Source: Imperialibacter sp.
GTDB taxonomy: Bacteria; Bacteroidota; Bacteroidia; Cytophagales; Cyclobacteriaceae
Direction of reading: 5' to 3'
Assembly (NCBI RefSeq): GCF_040222385.1
Contig: NZ_JAVKDF010000010.1
Span: 52,322 to 84,321 of the forward strand
DNA length: 32,000 nt
A program made the translations under genes and the position numbers. The notes under the pieces are model-generated. The model saw only the letters and a program-made list of their open reading frames with translations, was not told where the DNA came from and made no database searches. Shown here piece after piece: positions 1 to 8,210 of the stretch (position 1 is the first letter of the stretch; the number at the start of each line of letters is the position of its first letter).

Positions 1-20
1 ATTTGAGCCTTCCTATTTCG

Positions 21-32
21 ATTTTGTAGTGT
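21..32. repeat. Left copy of the 12-bp inverted repeat (ATTTTGTAGTGT)
   Basis: It is the exact reverse complement of 1528-1539. An ATTT block lies 2-3 nt outside both copies. Confidence 0.6.
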
Positions 33-158
33 ATCGTATCATCTTTGGCCTTGGAAGAGTACAATTGGGCTATAAATCTGAGATGAAAAGCTATTGGGGT
101 ATTGGAAAGGACATAGCTTTCCCCTGGGCTTTAACTGATTTTGACTAACGAAGTAGTT

Positions 159-1499
159 TTAAGCTGCTACTAGTAAAGGAGGGGCTTCATCTTGCTGCCT
201 TCGCTTGCTAATCTTCACTGCATTAGCAGTCATCACGGCAAAGAAAACATAGAGCTTTTCCCTTTTCTCTCCCTTCACCTTGACTTTGGTCAACCCATAA
301 GCAGTTTTGTGTGTACCAAAGCTACCTTCCATCACTGTGGCTCTTTGGTTAGCAATCAAGCTGCTTAGTTGGTGTTCTTGTTTGCTGTGTGGTTTGGGGC
401 CTTTCTTGGGGAAGCAGGTGAATATCTTTTTAGAAGTACAAAACGTGCGGTTGGCATTAGTAGCATAAATGCGATCAGCTCCGAGCTGATGTAACTGATT
501 GAATCTATTTTTGTGCTTTAACACACTGGTTTTCAATCTGGTAGATTCATTGAAGGCATTGAAACTCATTTTATCGATCAGGCAAATACCATCTACCTGA
601 AGCATGTGTACCTTCATGCCGAACTCTACCCTTTTGTTCTCCTTGCCTCTGACAATTGGACGTACATAGGGCTTTGGCAGGGAAACAATCCTGTTCTTTA
701 GCTCATTGGCCGGATGTGTCATCAGAAACTTCTGCTGCTTAAGCACTTTTCTGACCGTTTTCAGGTAGACTCGCTCTTGTTCTGTGAGAAGTGGTGAAGA
801 AGATGCATCTAACACTTGCTGTAGCTGCTTAATCCCTTTGTCTAAAAGGTACAGAAGGGCTTTCTTGCGACGAGTGCCCTCTTTGTGAGTCTTTTTCCTT
901 TTACGCTCGTAATCCATCTGTCTGCGCTTCTGATGGATATACTTGGAGCGGGGCCTTTTGAAGCCCAATATCCTACACCATCTGTAGAGTTGCTTTTCGA
1001 AGACCCATTCACAGCTCTCCCAGAGTAACTTCACATCGGTAGGGAAGCGAATATAGGACTCATAACAGGTAGCATCCATTTGCAGCACATGGGTATTGCT
1101 CATATCTCTTTTCCAGTGATCAATTAACACTCCCTGCACAGCTTCCAGGTCAGTATTCTCCGCCATATAAGTCCGTATTCTGGTAAGGATGCTCTTATCT
1201 TTTACCTTTTCATTATCGGCCAGTAGCTTACCACAGAATAGCTGGAGAGCCCAGTCTGTATTGAACCGCTCAATCAGCTTCTCATCGCTGATATTGAGAT
1301 AAGACTTCAAAAACATCAGAGCGAACATTCCTCTGGCATCAAACCAACGAGGTGCTCCCGGGCCTATATTCTCTTTCGGTAGGCATTTGGCTAACTCATC
1401 CCAGGGAAGGCTGCTATGGACTTTGCCTAGCTCGGTTTCCTTAAAAATGTACCATTTGGGGGTGACGTAAACATCGGGTTGGAAAAGCTGAGACTGCAT
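159..1499 (-). CDS. DDE transposase, IS5/IS1182-like (DUF772/InsH-type N-terminus plus DDE_Tnp_1-type core)
   Basis: The ORF is 446 aa with an ATG start. The N-terminal segment GAPRWFDARGMFALMFLKSYLNISDEKL is typical of IS5-type transposases. Candidate catalytic residues sit in MDATCYESYIRFPTD, LGADRIYATNANR and VMEGSFGTHKTAYGL. Confidence 0.9.
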   Translation of the reverse strand: MQSQLFQPDVYVTPKWYIFKETELGKVHSSLPWDELAKCLPKENIGPGAPRWFDARGMFALMFLKSYLNISDEKLIERFNTDWALQLFCGKLLADNEKVKDKSILTRIRTYMAENTDLEAVQGVLIDHWKRDMSNTHVLQMDATCYESYIRFPTDVKLLWESCEWVFEKQLYRWCRILGFKRPRSKYIHQKRRQMDYERKRKKTHKEGTRRKKALLYLLDKGIKQLQQVLDASSSPLLTEQERVYLKTVRKVLKQQKFLMTHPANELKNRIVSLPKPYVRPIVRGKENKRVEFGMKVHMLQVDGICLIDKMSFNAFNESTRLKTSVLKHKNRFNQLHQLGADRIYATNANRTFCTSKKIFTCFPKKGPKPHSKQEHQLSSLIANQRATVMEGSFGTHKTAYGLTKVKVKGEKREKLYVFFAVMTANAVKISKRRQQDEAPPLLVAA

Positions 1500-1527
1500 C
1501 GTAAATTGATTCGTTATTTGTATTTAG

Positions 1528-1539
1528 ACACTACAAAAT
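1528..1539. repeat. Right copy of the 12-bp inverted repeat (ACACTACAAAAT)
   Basis: It is the exact reverse complement of 21-32 and lies 29 nt upstream of the transposase start codon. Confidence 0.6.
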
Positions 1540-1548
1540 AACAAATCA

Positions 1549-1590
1549 AAAACCCCGAAAAAAGCTGCAAACAGCCTATTTCGGGGTTTT
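1549..1590 (-). terminator. Hairpin, probably an intrinsic terminator of the gltX/AIM24 operon; its shape is bidirectional
   Basis: AAAACCCCGAAA (1549-1560) pairs with TTTCGGGGTTTT (1579-1590). The loop contains an inner GCTG/CAGC stem. T-rich sequence follows on both strands, and the hairpin lies 74 nt downstream of the AIM24-family stop codon. Confidence 0.6.
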
Positions 1591-1663
1591 ATTTCTTCAC
1601 CCCCTTAATATTAGCCATTGATAATCAATAGATTATCATTTTCAAGGGTGCCCTATTCTAGAC

Positions 1664-2440
1664 TTATGATTCAAGGATGCTTCCAAGAATGGAGCTGCTC
1701 TCCTTGCCGCTGTTTTTGCCGTAGGGCGCCAATACCTGGATTAGTTTTCTGATTGGCATCGATTGTAGCCATACCTTTCCGGTGCCTCGCAATGTGGCAA
1801 GAAAAAGGCCTTCTCCGCCAAAAAGCATCGACTTTAGTCCTCCTGAGCTCTGCACATCAAAGTCAAGTGTGTGCTCGAAGGCTACCACGCAGCCAGTATC
1901 AATCCTTAGCGTTTCGTTGTTCAGTTGCTTTTCAATCACCGTGCCACCAGCGTGAACAAATGCTTTTCCATCTCCCTGGAGCTTTTGAAGAATGAAGCCC
2001 TCTCCACCGACAAGTCCGGAACCAATTTTCTTATTGAAAGTGATGGATACTTTGGTGCCAAGTGCCGCACATAGAAACCCATCTTTCTGTACAATTAATT
2101 GGTTGCCCTGCTGCGTAGCCAGGTCAATAGGGATGATGGTGCCGGGATATGGCGCAGAAAAGGCTACTTTCTTTTTGCCAACGCCGTGATTGGTGAAATG
2201 CGTCATAAAAACAGACTCACCCGTTAACGCCCGGGCGCCGGCTGAAAGTAGCTTGCCCAGGAAACCCTGATCGGGCTCGGAACCATCTCCCATTTTGGTT
2301 TCGAAGATGATGCCATCTTCCATGTACAGCATCGCCCCAGCTTCGGCTATGACAGTTTCTCGTGGATCAAGCTCTACTTCAACTGTTTGAATGCTTTCAC
2401 CAAAAATCTTATAATCAATTTCGTGTGACCGTATCGCCAT
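1664..2440 (-). CDS. AIM24 / TIGR00266 (DUF124) family protein
   Basis: The ORF is 258 aa. It carries the Gly-rich repeats typical of the family: [22 protein letters not shown] and [23 protein letters not shown]. Its start lies 2 nt after the stop of the upstream small ORF. Confidence 0.85.
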   Translation of the reverse strand: MAIRSHEIDYKIFGESIQTVEVELDPRETVIAEAGAMLYMEDGIIFETKMGDGSEPDQGFLGKLLSAGARALTGESVFMTHFTNHGVGKKKVAFSAPYPGTIIPIDLATQQGNQLIVQKDGFLCAALGTKVSITFNKKIGSGLVGGEGFILQKLQGDGKAFVHAGGTVIEKQLNNETLRIDTGCVVAFEHTLDFDVQSSGGLKSMLFGGEGLFLATLRGTGKVWLQSMPIRKLIQVLAPYGKNSGKESSSILGSILES

Positions 2441-2442
2441 AG

Positions 2443-2655
2443 TTACTCTTCGTCTTTGCTTGTTTTCTTTTTTATTTCTTCGATGTCTTCTCTGTCACGC
2501 AGCTTCTTGTCATCTACGTTTTTGTTAAGAAACTCGTTAATCTTATCAATCTGAAGGTTGGAGGAGATTTCGCCAAACGTATCTATGCTTATTTCAAAGC
2601 CGCTCAGGTCTTTGGCTACTTTCGGTTTCTTTTTTTCGGTTTCTTTCTTGCTCAT
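2443..2655 (-). CDS. Hypothetical small Lys/Glu-rich protein (70 aa)
   Basis: This is the only ORF filling the gap between gltX and the AIM24 gene. Its ATG overlaps the gltX TGA as ATGA (2652-2655). I recognise no family. Confidence 0.55.
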   Translation of the reverse strand: MSKKETEKKKPKVAKDLSGFEISIDTFGEISSNLQIDKINEFLNKNVDDKKLRDREDIEEIKKKTSKDEE

Positions 2656-4202
2656 GCTTGTGTGCTTTGTCCTCCTAATATAACGATAGCCGAGTCAATT
2701 CGTTTAGCAGTTTCTTTGGCGCCAAGTATTTCTATGATGGCCATGAGATCGGGTCCGCCGCCTTGTCCGGTAATTGACAGCCTTAGAGGCTGCATATATT
2801 TGCCCATTTTCAACTCTTTGGTAGCAAAGAAATTTTCTATCGTGTCATGAGCGGTTGTGGCGCTAACGGTGTCTTCAAGTTGGGAAATGCCCTTTGATAA
2901 ATCCTGAAGTACAGCTGCCACATCTGAGTTCCACTTCTTTTCAACAACCTGCTGGTCATAGGCAATTGGTACTTCAAAGAAGAATTTATTTTGCTCCCAG
3001 AGCTCGTGTGGAAATGAAATACGCTCTCTTAAAACCTCTGCAACCTTTATGACCTTCGCCGGTGAAGCCTTCACACCTTCTTTGTCGAGATCTTTTTGAA
3101 GATAAACAGCCAACTCCTCTGCTGATTTGCTTTTTATATAATGCTGGTTGAACCAGTTGGCCTTGTCGATGTCGAATTTGGCTCCAGCCTTACTGATCCG
3201 CTCTATGGAAAACTCACTGATAAGCTCCTCCATACTGAATATTTCCTTTTCGGTGCCGGGGCTCCAGCCTAGCAAAGCCAAAAAGTTGATCATTGTTTCA
3301 GGCAGATAGCCTTTTTCCCTGAACCCTTGCGACAGCTCTCCTGAAACGGGGTCTACCCAGTTGAGTGGAAAAATCGGGAAGCCGGCTTTGTCGGCATCTC
3401 TCTTGCTTAGTTTGCCGTTGCCGTCTGGTTTCAGCAGCAAAGGCAGGTGAGCAAACTGAGGCATGGTGTCCTCCCAGCCAAAGTACCTGTACATCAGCAC
3501 ATGCAGTGGTGCCGACGGCAGCCATTCTTCTCCTCTGATGACATGAGTAATCTTCATGAGATGATCGTCGACGATATTGGCCAGGTGGTAAGTGGGCATG
3601 CCGTCCGACTTCAGCAATATTTTATCATCCAGCACAGATGAATGCACAACCACCCAACCTCTTATGAGGTCATGAAACCTTATGTCTTCTTTGCGAGGCA
3701 CCATCAAACGAACTACATACGGATCACCGTTTGCAAGCCTTGCTTTTACCTCAGCCTCTGGCAGGGTGAGGGAGTTCTGCATGGTGTTGCGGGTCACAGC
3801 ATTGTACTGCTGATTAGCTACCTTGGCAGCTTTCAGCTTTTCACGCATAGCGTCGAGTTCCTCCGAGGTGTCGAAGGCATAGTAAGCCTTTCCCTCGTCG
3901 ATCAGCTGCTGGGCATATTGCGCATAGATATCTTTCCTTTCAGATTGCCTGTAGGGGGCGTGGGGGCCTCCGGTTAGTGGGCCTTCGTCTATCTCTATAC
4001 CCACCCACTTTAGCGATTCTAAAATATATGCTTCGGCGCCTGGCACAAACCTCGACTGGTCGGTGTCTTCTATGCGCAAAAGCATCGTGCCGTTGTTTTT
4101 TCTGGCGAAGAGGTAGTTATAAAGAGCGGTTCTAACGCCTCCGATGTGGAGGGCTCCGGTGGGGCTTGGAGCGAAACGAACCCTAACTTCTGAATTGTTC
4201 AT
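2652..4202 (-). CDS. gltX: Glutamate--tRNA ligase
   Basis: The ORF is 516 aa. It has the class I signature HIGG (PTGALHIGGVRTALYNY) and the KMSKS-type motif KLSKRD, and it has bacterial GltX architecture along its full length. Confidence 0.97.
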   Translation of the reverse strand: MNNSEVRVRFAPSPTGALHIGGVRTALYNYLFARKNNGTMLLRIEDTDQSRFVPGAEAYILESLKWVGIEIDEGPLTGGPHAPYRQSERKDIYAQYAQQLIDEGKAYYAFDTSEELDAMREKLKAAKVANQQYNAVTRNTMQNSLTLPEAEVKARLANGDPYVVRLMVPRKEDIRFHDLIRGWVVVHSSVLDDKILLKSDGMPTYHLANIVDDHLMKITHVIRGEEWLPSAPLHVLMYRYFGWEDTMPQFAHLPLLLKPDGNGKLSKRDADKAGFPIFPLNWVDPVSGELSQGFREKGYLPETMINFLALLGWSPGTEKEIFSMEELISEFSIERISKAGAKFDIDKANWFNQHYIKSKSAEELAVYLQKDLDKEGVKASPAKVIKVAEVLRERISFPHELWEQNKFFFEVPIAYDQQVVEKKWNSDVAAVLQDLSKGISQLEDTVSATTAHDTIENFFATKELKMGKYMQPLRLSITGQGGGPDLMAIIEILGAKETAKRIDSAIVILGGQSTQA

Positions 4203-4660
4203 GTTAACTTATCAAGTACCTGGTAAAGTGCTTTTTGTGTTTGTTTCAAATGGACGTCAAAGTTAGCCAATGCTATCAGATAATTGGCAATGCAGCCTGC
4301 CAAAGAAAGACAACCGTAGAGGTAATTTTTGCCTGGCCCCAAGAAAATAAGCGTGAGCAGAAAAGTCAATAGGCACCAGAAAACCAGAAAGAAACGGGTG
4401 CTGGGAAAAAGGCGGTACTTTACCTGAATCAGTGAGCCTGTCGAAGTCTGATCGACAACACCCTCCGCCAGTGGAATGAAATTTTGAGGCTTGGCTACGT
4501 TCACTGAAACCCGGAACGATTTTTCGTAGACAAGGCCAGTAAATGAAAAGTCTTTTCCTGCGCTTGCTTCTGATTTAGTCTCCGTTTTTAAAAGAGCGAT
4601 GATGCTGGCGGCCTTGGCCGATGAAACAATCGTCTCTCTTTCAAAAGGTACTAACCTCAT
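4199..4660 (-). CDS. Hypothetical membrane protein (N-terminal soluble part plus two predicted C-terminal TM helices)
   Basis: The ORF is 153 aa. The hydrophobic stretches are FFLVFWCLLTFLLTLIFLG and LYGCLSLAGCIANYLIALA. ATGA overlaps at both ends (4657-4660 and 4199-4202) imply translational coupling to ridA and gltX. Confidence 0.7.
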   Translation of the reverse strand: MRLVPFERETIVSSAKAASIIALLKTETKSEASAGKDFSFTGLVYEKSFRVSVNVAKPQNFIPLAEGVVDQTSTGSLIQVKYRLFPSTRFFLVFWCLLTFLLTLIFLGPGKNYLYGCLSLAGCIANYLIALANFDVHLKQTQKALYQVLDKLT

Positions 4661-5040
4661 GCATCAATGCCGGCAATCAGGGAAATTTCAACCAGGGCGT
4701 CTTTGGGCAGCCTGGCCACCTCAACGGTTTCTCGTGCCGGGGGCTCACTCTTGAAGTATCCTCCGTAAATCTCATTTATCACCGGGAAGTCGTTCATATC
4801 TTTGATAAAGATGGAACACTTTAGCACCTCTGCAAATGAAAGGCCTTCCTCTAAAAGGATGGCCTTAAGATTTTCCATGACCAATTTGGTTTGTGATTTG
4901 ATATCACCTGACTCAAACTGACCCGTAGCAGGGTTGATAGCCACCTGACCTGATACCAGCACAAGGTTGCCATATCTTACCGCCTGGCTGTAAGGCCCGA
5001 TAGGGGCCGGGGCGTTTTTAGTATAGACTATTTTCTTCAT
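4657..5040 (-). CDS. ridA: RidA/YjgF family reactive-intermediate deaminase
   Basis: The ORF is 127 aa. The N-terminus TKNAPAPIGPYSQAV and the C-terminal ARETVEVARLPKDALVEI are typical of the family. Confidence 0.93.
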   Translation of the reverse strand: MKKIVYTKNAPAPIGPYSQAVRYGNLVLVSGQVAINPATGQFESGDIKSQTKLVMENLKAILLEEGLSFAEVLKCSIFIKDMNDFPVINEIYGGYFKSEPPARETVEVARLPKDALVEISLIAGIDA

Positions 5041-5042
5041 GC

Positions 5043-6893
5043 TTATTCAACAGTTACTGACTTGGCAAGGTTTCGTGGCTGGTCGACATTGCATCCCCTC
5101 ATCACAGCAATGTGGTACGAAAGCAACTGCAGTGGAATAACAGATACCAATGGCATCAGCGCTTCAGAAGTGTGAGGCACTTCAATGACAAAATCTGCTA
5201 TCTCTTTGATGGTTTCCTCTCCTTCGGTAACTATGGCAATTACTTTCCCTTTTCTTGCCTTGACCTCTTGTATGTTGGAAACAACTTTCTCATAAGAAGA
5301 ATCCCTGGTGGCAATAAATACGACCGGCATTTCTTCGTCAATCAACGCAATAGGGCCATGCTTCATTTCCGCTGCCGGATACCCTTCCGCATGGATATAG
5401 GAAATTTCCTTCAGTTTAAGTGCCCCCTCAAGTGCTACAGGGAAATTGTAGCCACGACCCAAATAGATGAAGTTCCTGGCGTCTTTGAAAAGCGCCGATA
5501 TTTCTTTGATTTGATCGTTAACATCCAGCACCTTTTTGATTTTCGCCGGTATGCTTTCAAGCTCCACAAGCAATTCATGGTATTTGCTTTCAGTAATCGT
5601 GCCTTTGCGATGAGCGATCCGCAATGCCATCATAATAAGGACAGTCAGCTGGGCTGTAAAGGCTTTGGTACTGGCAACACCAATCTCAGGGCCGGCATGC
5701 AAATAGGCTCCTTCATGAGTTATTCTCGAAATGGATGAACCTACCGCATTAACTACGCCAAGAATAATGGCACCTTTAGATTTGGCCAGCTCAAGGGCGG
5801 CAAGTGTGTCGGCCGTTTCGCCCGACTGTGAAATGGCAATCACAATATCGCCTTCGTTAATGATCGGGTTCCTGTAACGGAATTCAGAGGCATACTCAAC
5901 CTCCACAGGGATACGGCAAAAATCTTCAATAATGTATTCAGCAACGAGCCCTGCATGCCACGAAGTTCCACAGGCCACAATTACTATTCTTTGGGCGTTA
6001 GTAAGTGCATTGGCATACTCATGAATACCGCCCAATACCAGTTTGCCTTCATCGGCTTTTAAACGGCCCCTCATACAGTCGGCGATGCTATTAGGCTGTT
6101 CAAATATTTCCTTAAGCATGAAATGCTCATAGCCACCTTTTTCGATGGCTTCAAGATTGAGGTCGAGTTCATGTACCTGAGGGTATTGTTCTACATCCTC
6201 AAGACTTTTGATGGTCATCTGATTGCCAGTGATAACCGCCATTTCTTCATCTTTCAAATACACCACCTTCTTGGTGTATTCCACGATCGGCGTCGCATCG
6301 GAGGCGAGGAAGAAAGAGCCATCATCCTCTTTAATGCCGATAACAAGCGGGCTTCCTTTTCTGGCAGCGATTAAGGTGTCAGGATTATCTTTGGCGATTA
6401 CTACAATAGCGTACGCACCTACCACTCTGGTCAGGGCAAGCCTTACGCCTTCCTCAAGAGAGCAATCTTCTGACGTAATAATATAGTCAATAAAAGACGC
6501 CAGCACTTCTGTGTCGGTTTGGCTCTCAAATGTGTAACCCTTTTTTTGCAGCTCGGTTTTTATTGCAGCGTAATTTTCAATAATGCCGTTATGCACCAGT
6601 GAAAGCCTGCCATTGTACGACTTGTGGGGGTGGGCATTGATGTCGCTGGGCTCACCGTGAGTAGCCCAACGTGTATGGCCAATTCCGATGCCGGATTTAG
6701 GGCTTTTGCCGTCTATCAGATTTTCAAGTTCTTTGACCTTGCCCTGCTTTTTGTATATTTTGATGTCGGCAACCGAGTTGTCGAATAACGCAACTCCAGC
6801 ACTGTCGTAACCTCTGTATTCAAGTCTTTTGAGGCCTTTGATGAGAATTGGCAATGCTTGCTCTTTTCCCTTGTAGGCAACAATTCCACACAT
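5043..6893 (-). CDS. glmS: Glutamine--fructose-6-phosphate aminotransferase (isomerising)
   Basis: The ORF is 616 aa. It has the N-terminal nucleophile MCGIV, two SIS domains and the C-terminal motif KSVTVE. Confidence 0.98.
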   Translation of the reverse strand: MCGIVAYKGKEQALPILIKGLKRLEYRGYDSAGVALFDNSVADIKIYKKQGKVKELENLIDGKSPKSGIGIGHTRWATHGEPSDINAHPHKSYNGRLSLVHNGIIENYAAIKTELQKKGYTFESQTDTEVLASFIDYIITSEDCSLEEGVRLALTRVVGAYAIVVIAKDNPDTLIAARKGSPLVIGIKEDDGSFFLASDATPIVEYTKKVVYLKDEEMAVITGNQMTIKSLEDVEQYPQVHELDLNLEAIEKGGYEHFMLKEIFEQPNSIADCMRGRLKADEGKLVLGGIHEYANALTNAQRIVIVACGTSWHAGLVAEYIIEDFCRIPVEVEYASEFRYRNPIINEGDIVIAISQSGETADTLAALELAKSKGAIILGVVNAVGSSISRITHEGAYLHAGPEIGVASTKAFTAQLTVLIMMALRIAHRKGTITESKYHELLVELESIPAKIKKVLDVNDQIKEISALFKDARNFIYLGRGYNFPVALEGALKLKEISYIHAEGYPAAEMKHGPIALIDEEMPVVFIATRDSSYEKVVSNIQEVKARKGKVIAIVTEGEETIKEIADFVIEVPHTSEALMPLVSVIPLQLLSYHIAVMRGCNVDQPRNLAKSVTVE

Positions 6894-6896
6894 AGC

Positions 6897-8210
6897 TTAT
6901 TGTAATCTTGTATAGTAAATTTTTAACTGGATGCTGTCTTTGGGCACAACAAACCTGCTTAAGCTCGTAACATCATTGGTGCCAGGATAAATGAGCAGAT
7001 CGTTTGTGTTAATTATGCTATCACGCAAGAGCTGAAAGAAAAAAGTCGGCGTACCGCTGTATGACCTGGAAGCCGAGTCGTACAGTGGAAACAGGGGGCG
7101 AGGCGAACTGGGATTGCCGTAGCTGACATCGCTTAGAATAACATGATTGGCAATTCGGTTAGCCAGGCCAATGTTTGCCCCAATTATTTTATTCGTACTA
7201 TCAGCAAATATATACATAAAGCTATTTGGGGGCATGATTCGATAGTCGACCGAAGTCAATTCATCAATAGCCCCGAGCTTTATCTCAGCACGATTGACGA
7301 TAATATTGCCCAGAGAATCCACAAACTTTCTGAACGGTCTGAGTGAAAGCTTGGTATAAATACCTGTTCCTCCCTGAAGATACATGTGACCTGATGGAGG
7401 AATAAACTCGTCGCTCTGCTCTACCAGGGCTCCCAGCTCGGTGCCTGCTCTATCTGCGGTAACGCCGTTGTATCGTACCGTGGCGCCAAAGTTCAGCGAA
7501 TAAACCAATGAATCAGCGCCGTCAGGTACATGATAGTGAACATTTACTTTAGAGTTTTCGGGGTGGAAACCAAAAATGAGTGTATTGTCTGCCCCCGGGA
7601 TCAGAGCAAAGCCTTTTATCTCATTTTCCAGCTCAGAAACTGTTGTTCCATTTCTAACAATACTAAAGAAGTTGCTGGCCCATGCCGGAGTCGCCTTTAT
7701 CCTTATTACTGTGTCTTTTGTCGGCGAATAAAAGAATTTTTTGGACGCAGCCGGCGTACGTGACAGGTACTTTGTTGAGTCATCCGTATAGTAGCTAACC
7801 CCGGAATACAGTGTGTCCGATAGCTGATAAACGTTAATGGTCTGAAACGTGCTACCGTATTCGCCATAAATATAACTCAACTCAAAATCAAACATGATTG
7901 AGTCAAGAACGCCCTTGTCGTTGATGGCAACAAGCTCGCCGTTTCTCGTTACCTGCGAAAAGGACTTAGCGGTAATGTCTCCAAAGAATGGATCTTTAAA
8001 CCTTCCAACGAGCAGCCTTGAGTCGTTGGTTGTATTTATACTGTCAAAAAGAATAACAGAAGATGGAAGAGTAAAAACCTCCTCATAAACACCTACATTG
8101 TTTTCGTTTGGATTAAGCTCCAACCCTACTTCACTTGGGCTTTCACACCCAAAAAGCATTAGGGCTGCTCCAAAGAGCAACCCTGATGCAGTCCTACCCT
8201 GCAAGTTCAT
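6897..8210 (-). CDS. DUF4270-like lipoprotein
   Basis: The ORF is 437 aa. It has a lipoprotein signal peptide with a lipobox (AALMLFGC). Its position between the GlgA-like gene and glmS is the usual Bacteroidota context for DUF4270; that context is from memory. It overlaps the upstream gene by 17 nt. Confidence 0.75.
   Translation of the reverse strand: MNLQGRTASGLLFGAALMLFGCESPSEVGLELNPNENNVGVYEEVFTLPSSVILFDSINTTNDSRLLVGRFKDPFFGDITAKSFSQVTRNGELVAINDKGVLDSIMFDFELSYIYGEYGSTFQTINVYQLSDTLYSGVSYYTDDSTKYLSRTPAASKKFFYSPTKDTVIRIKATPAWASNFFSIVRNGTTVSELENEIKGFALIPGADNTLIFGFHPENSKVNVHYHVPDGADSLVYSLNFGATVRYNGVTADRAGTELGALVEQSDEFIPPSGHMYLQGGTGIYTKLSLRPFRKFVDSLGNIIVNRAEIKLGAIDELTSVDYRIMPPNSFMYIFADSTNKIIGANIGLANRIANHVILSDVSYGNPSSPRPLFPLYDSASRSYSGTPTFFFQLLRDSIINTNDLLIYPGTNDVTSLSRFVVPKDSIQLKIYYTRLQ

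Larger units (their letters stand above)
21..1539 (-). mobile_element. IS5/IS1182-like insertion sequence with a single DDE transposase ORF; the ends are provisional
   Basis: An uninterrupted transposase ORF is bracketed by a perfect 12-bp inverted repeat, ATTTTGTAGTGT at 21-32 and its reverse complement at 1528-1539. No flanking target-site duplication is visible. The left repeat is 20 nt from the window edge, so the true termini may lie further out. Confidence 0.6.

Noticed and set aside
5112-5738. A 208-aa plus-strand ORF antisense to glmS. Similar long antisense ORFs lie at 23083-23589 and 23946-24314 (in secA), 27523-28065 (across the LacI gene and the trmD end), 16447-17583 (several, in the Na/Pi gene), 30655-30945 and 31039-31521 (in sucA), and 3642-3977 (in gltX).
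   Set aside because: Each lies entirely inside a confidently identified conserved gene on the other strand. Their products are compositionally odd and match no family I recognise. Long shadow ORFs are expected opposite highly expressed genes.
6894-6896. A possible glmS ribozyme or riboswitch leader upstream of glmS.
   Set aside because: Only 3 nt separate glmS from the upstream DUF4270 stop codon, so there is no room for a structured leader.
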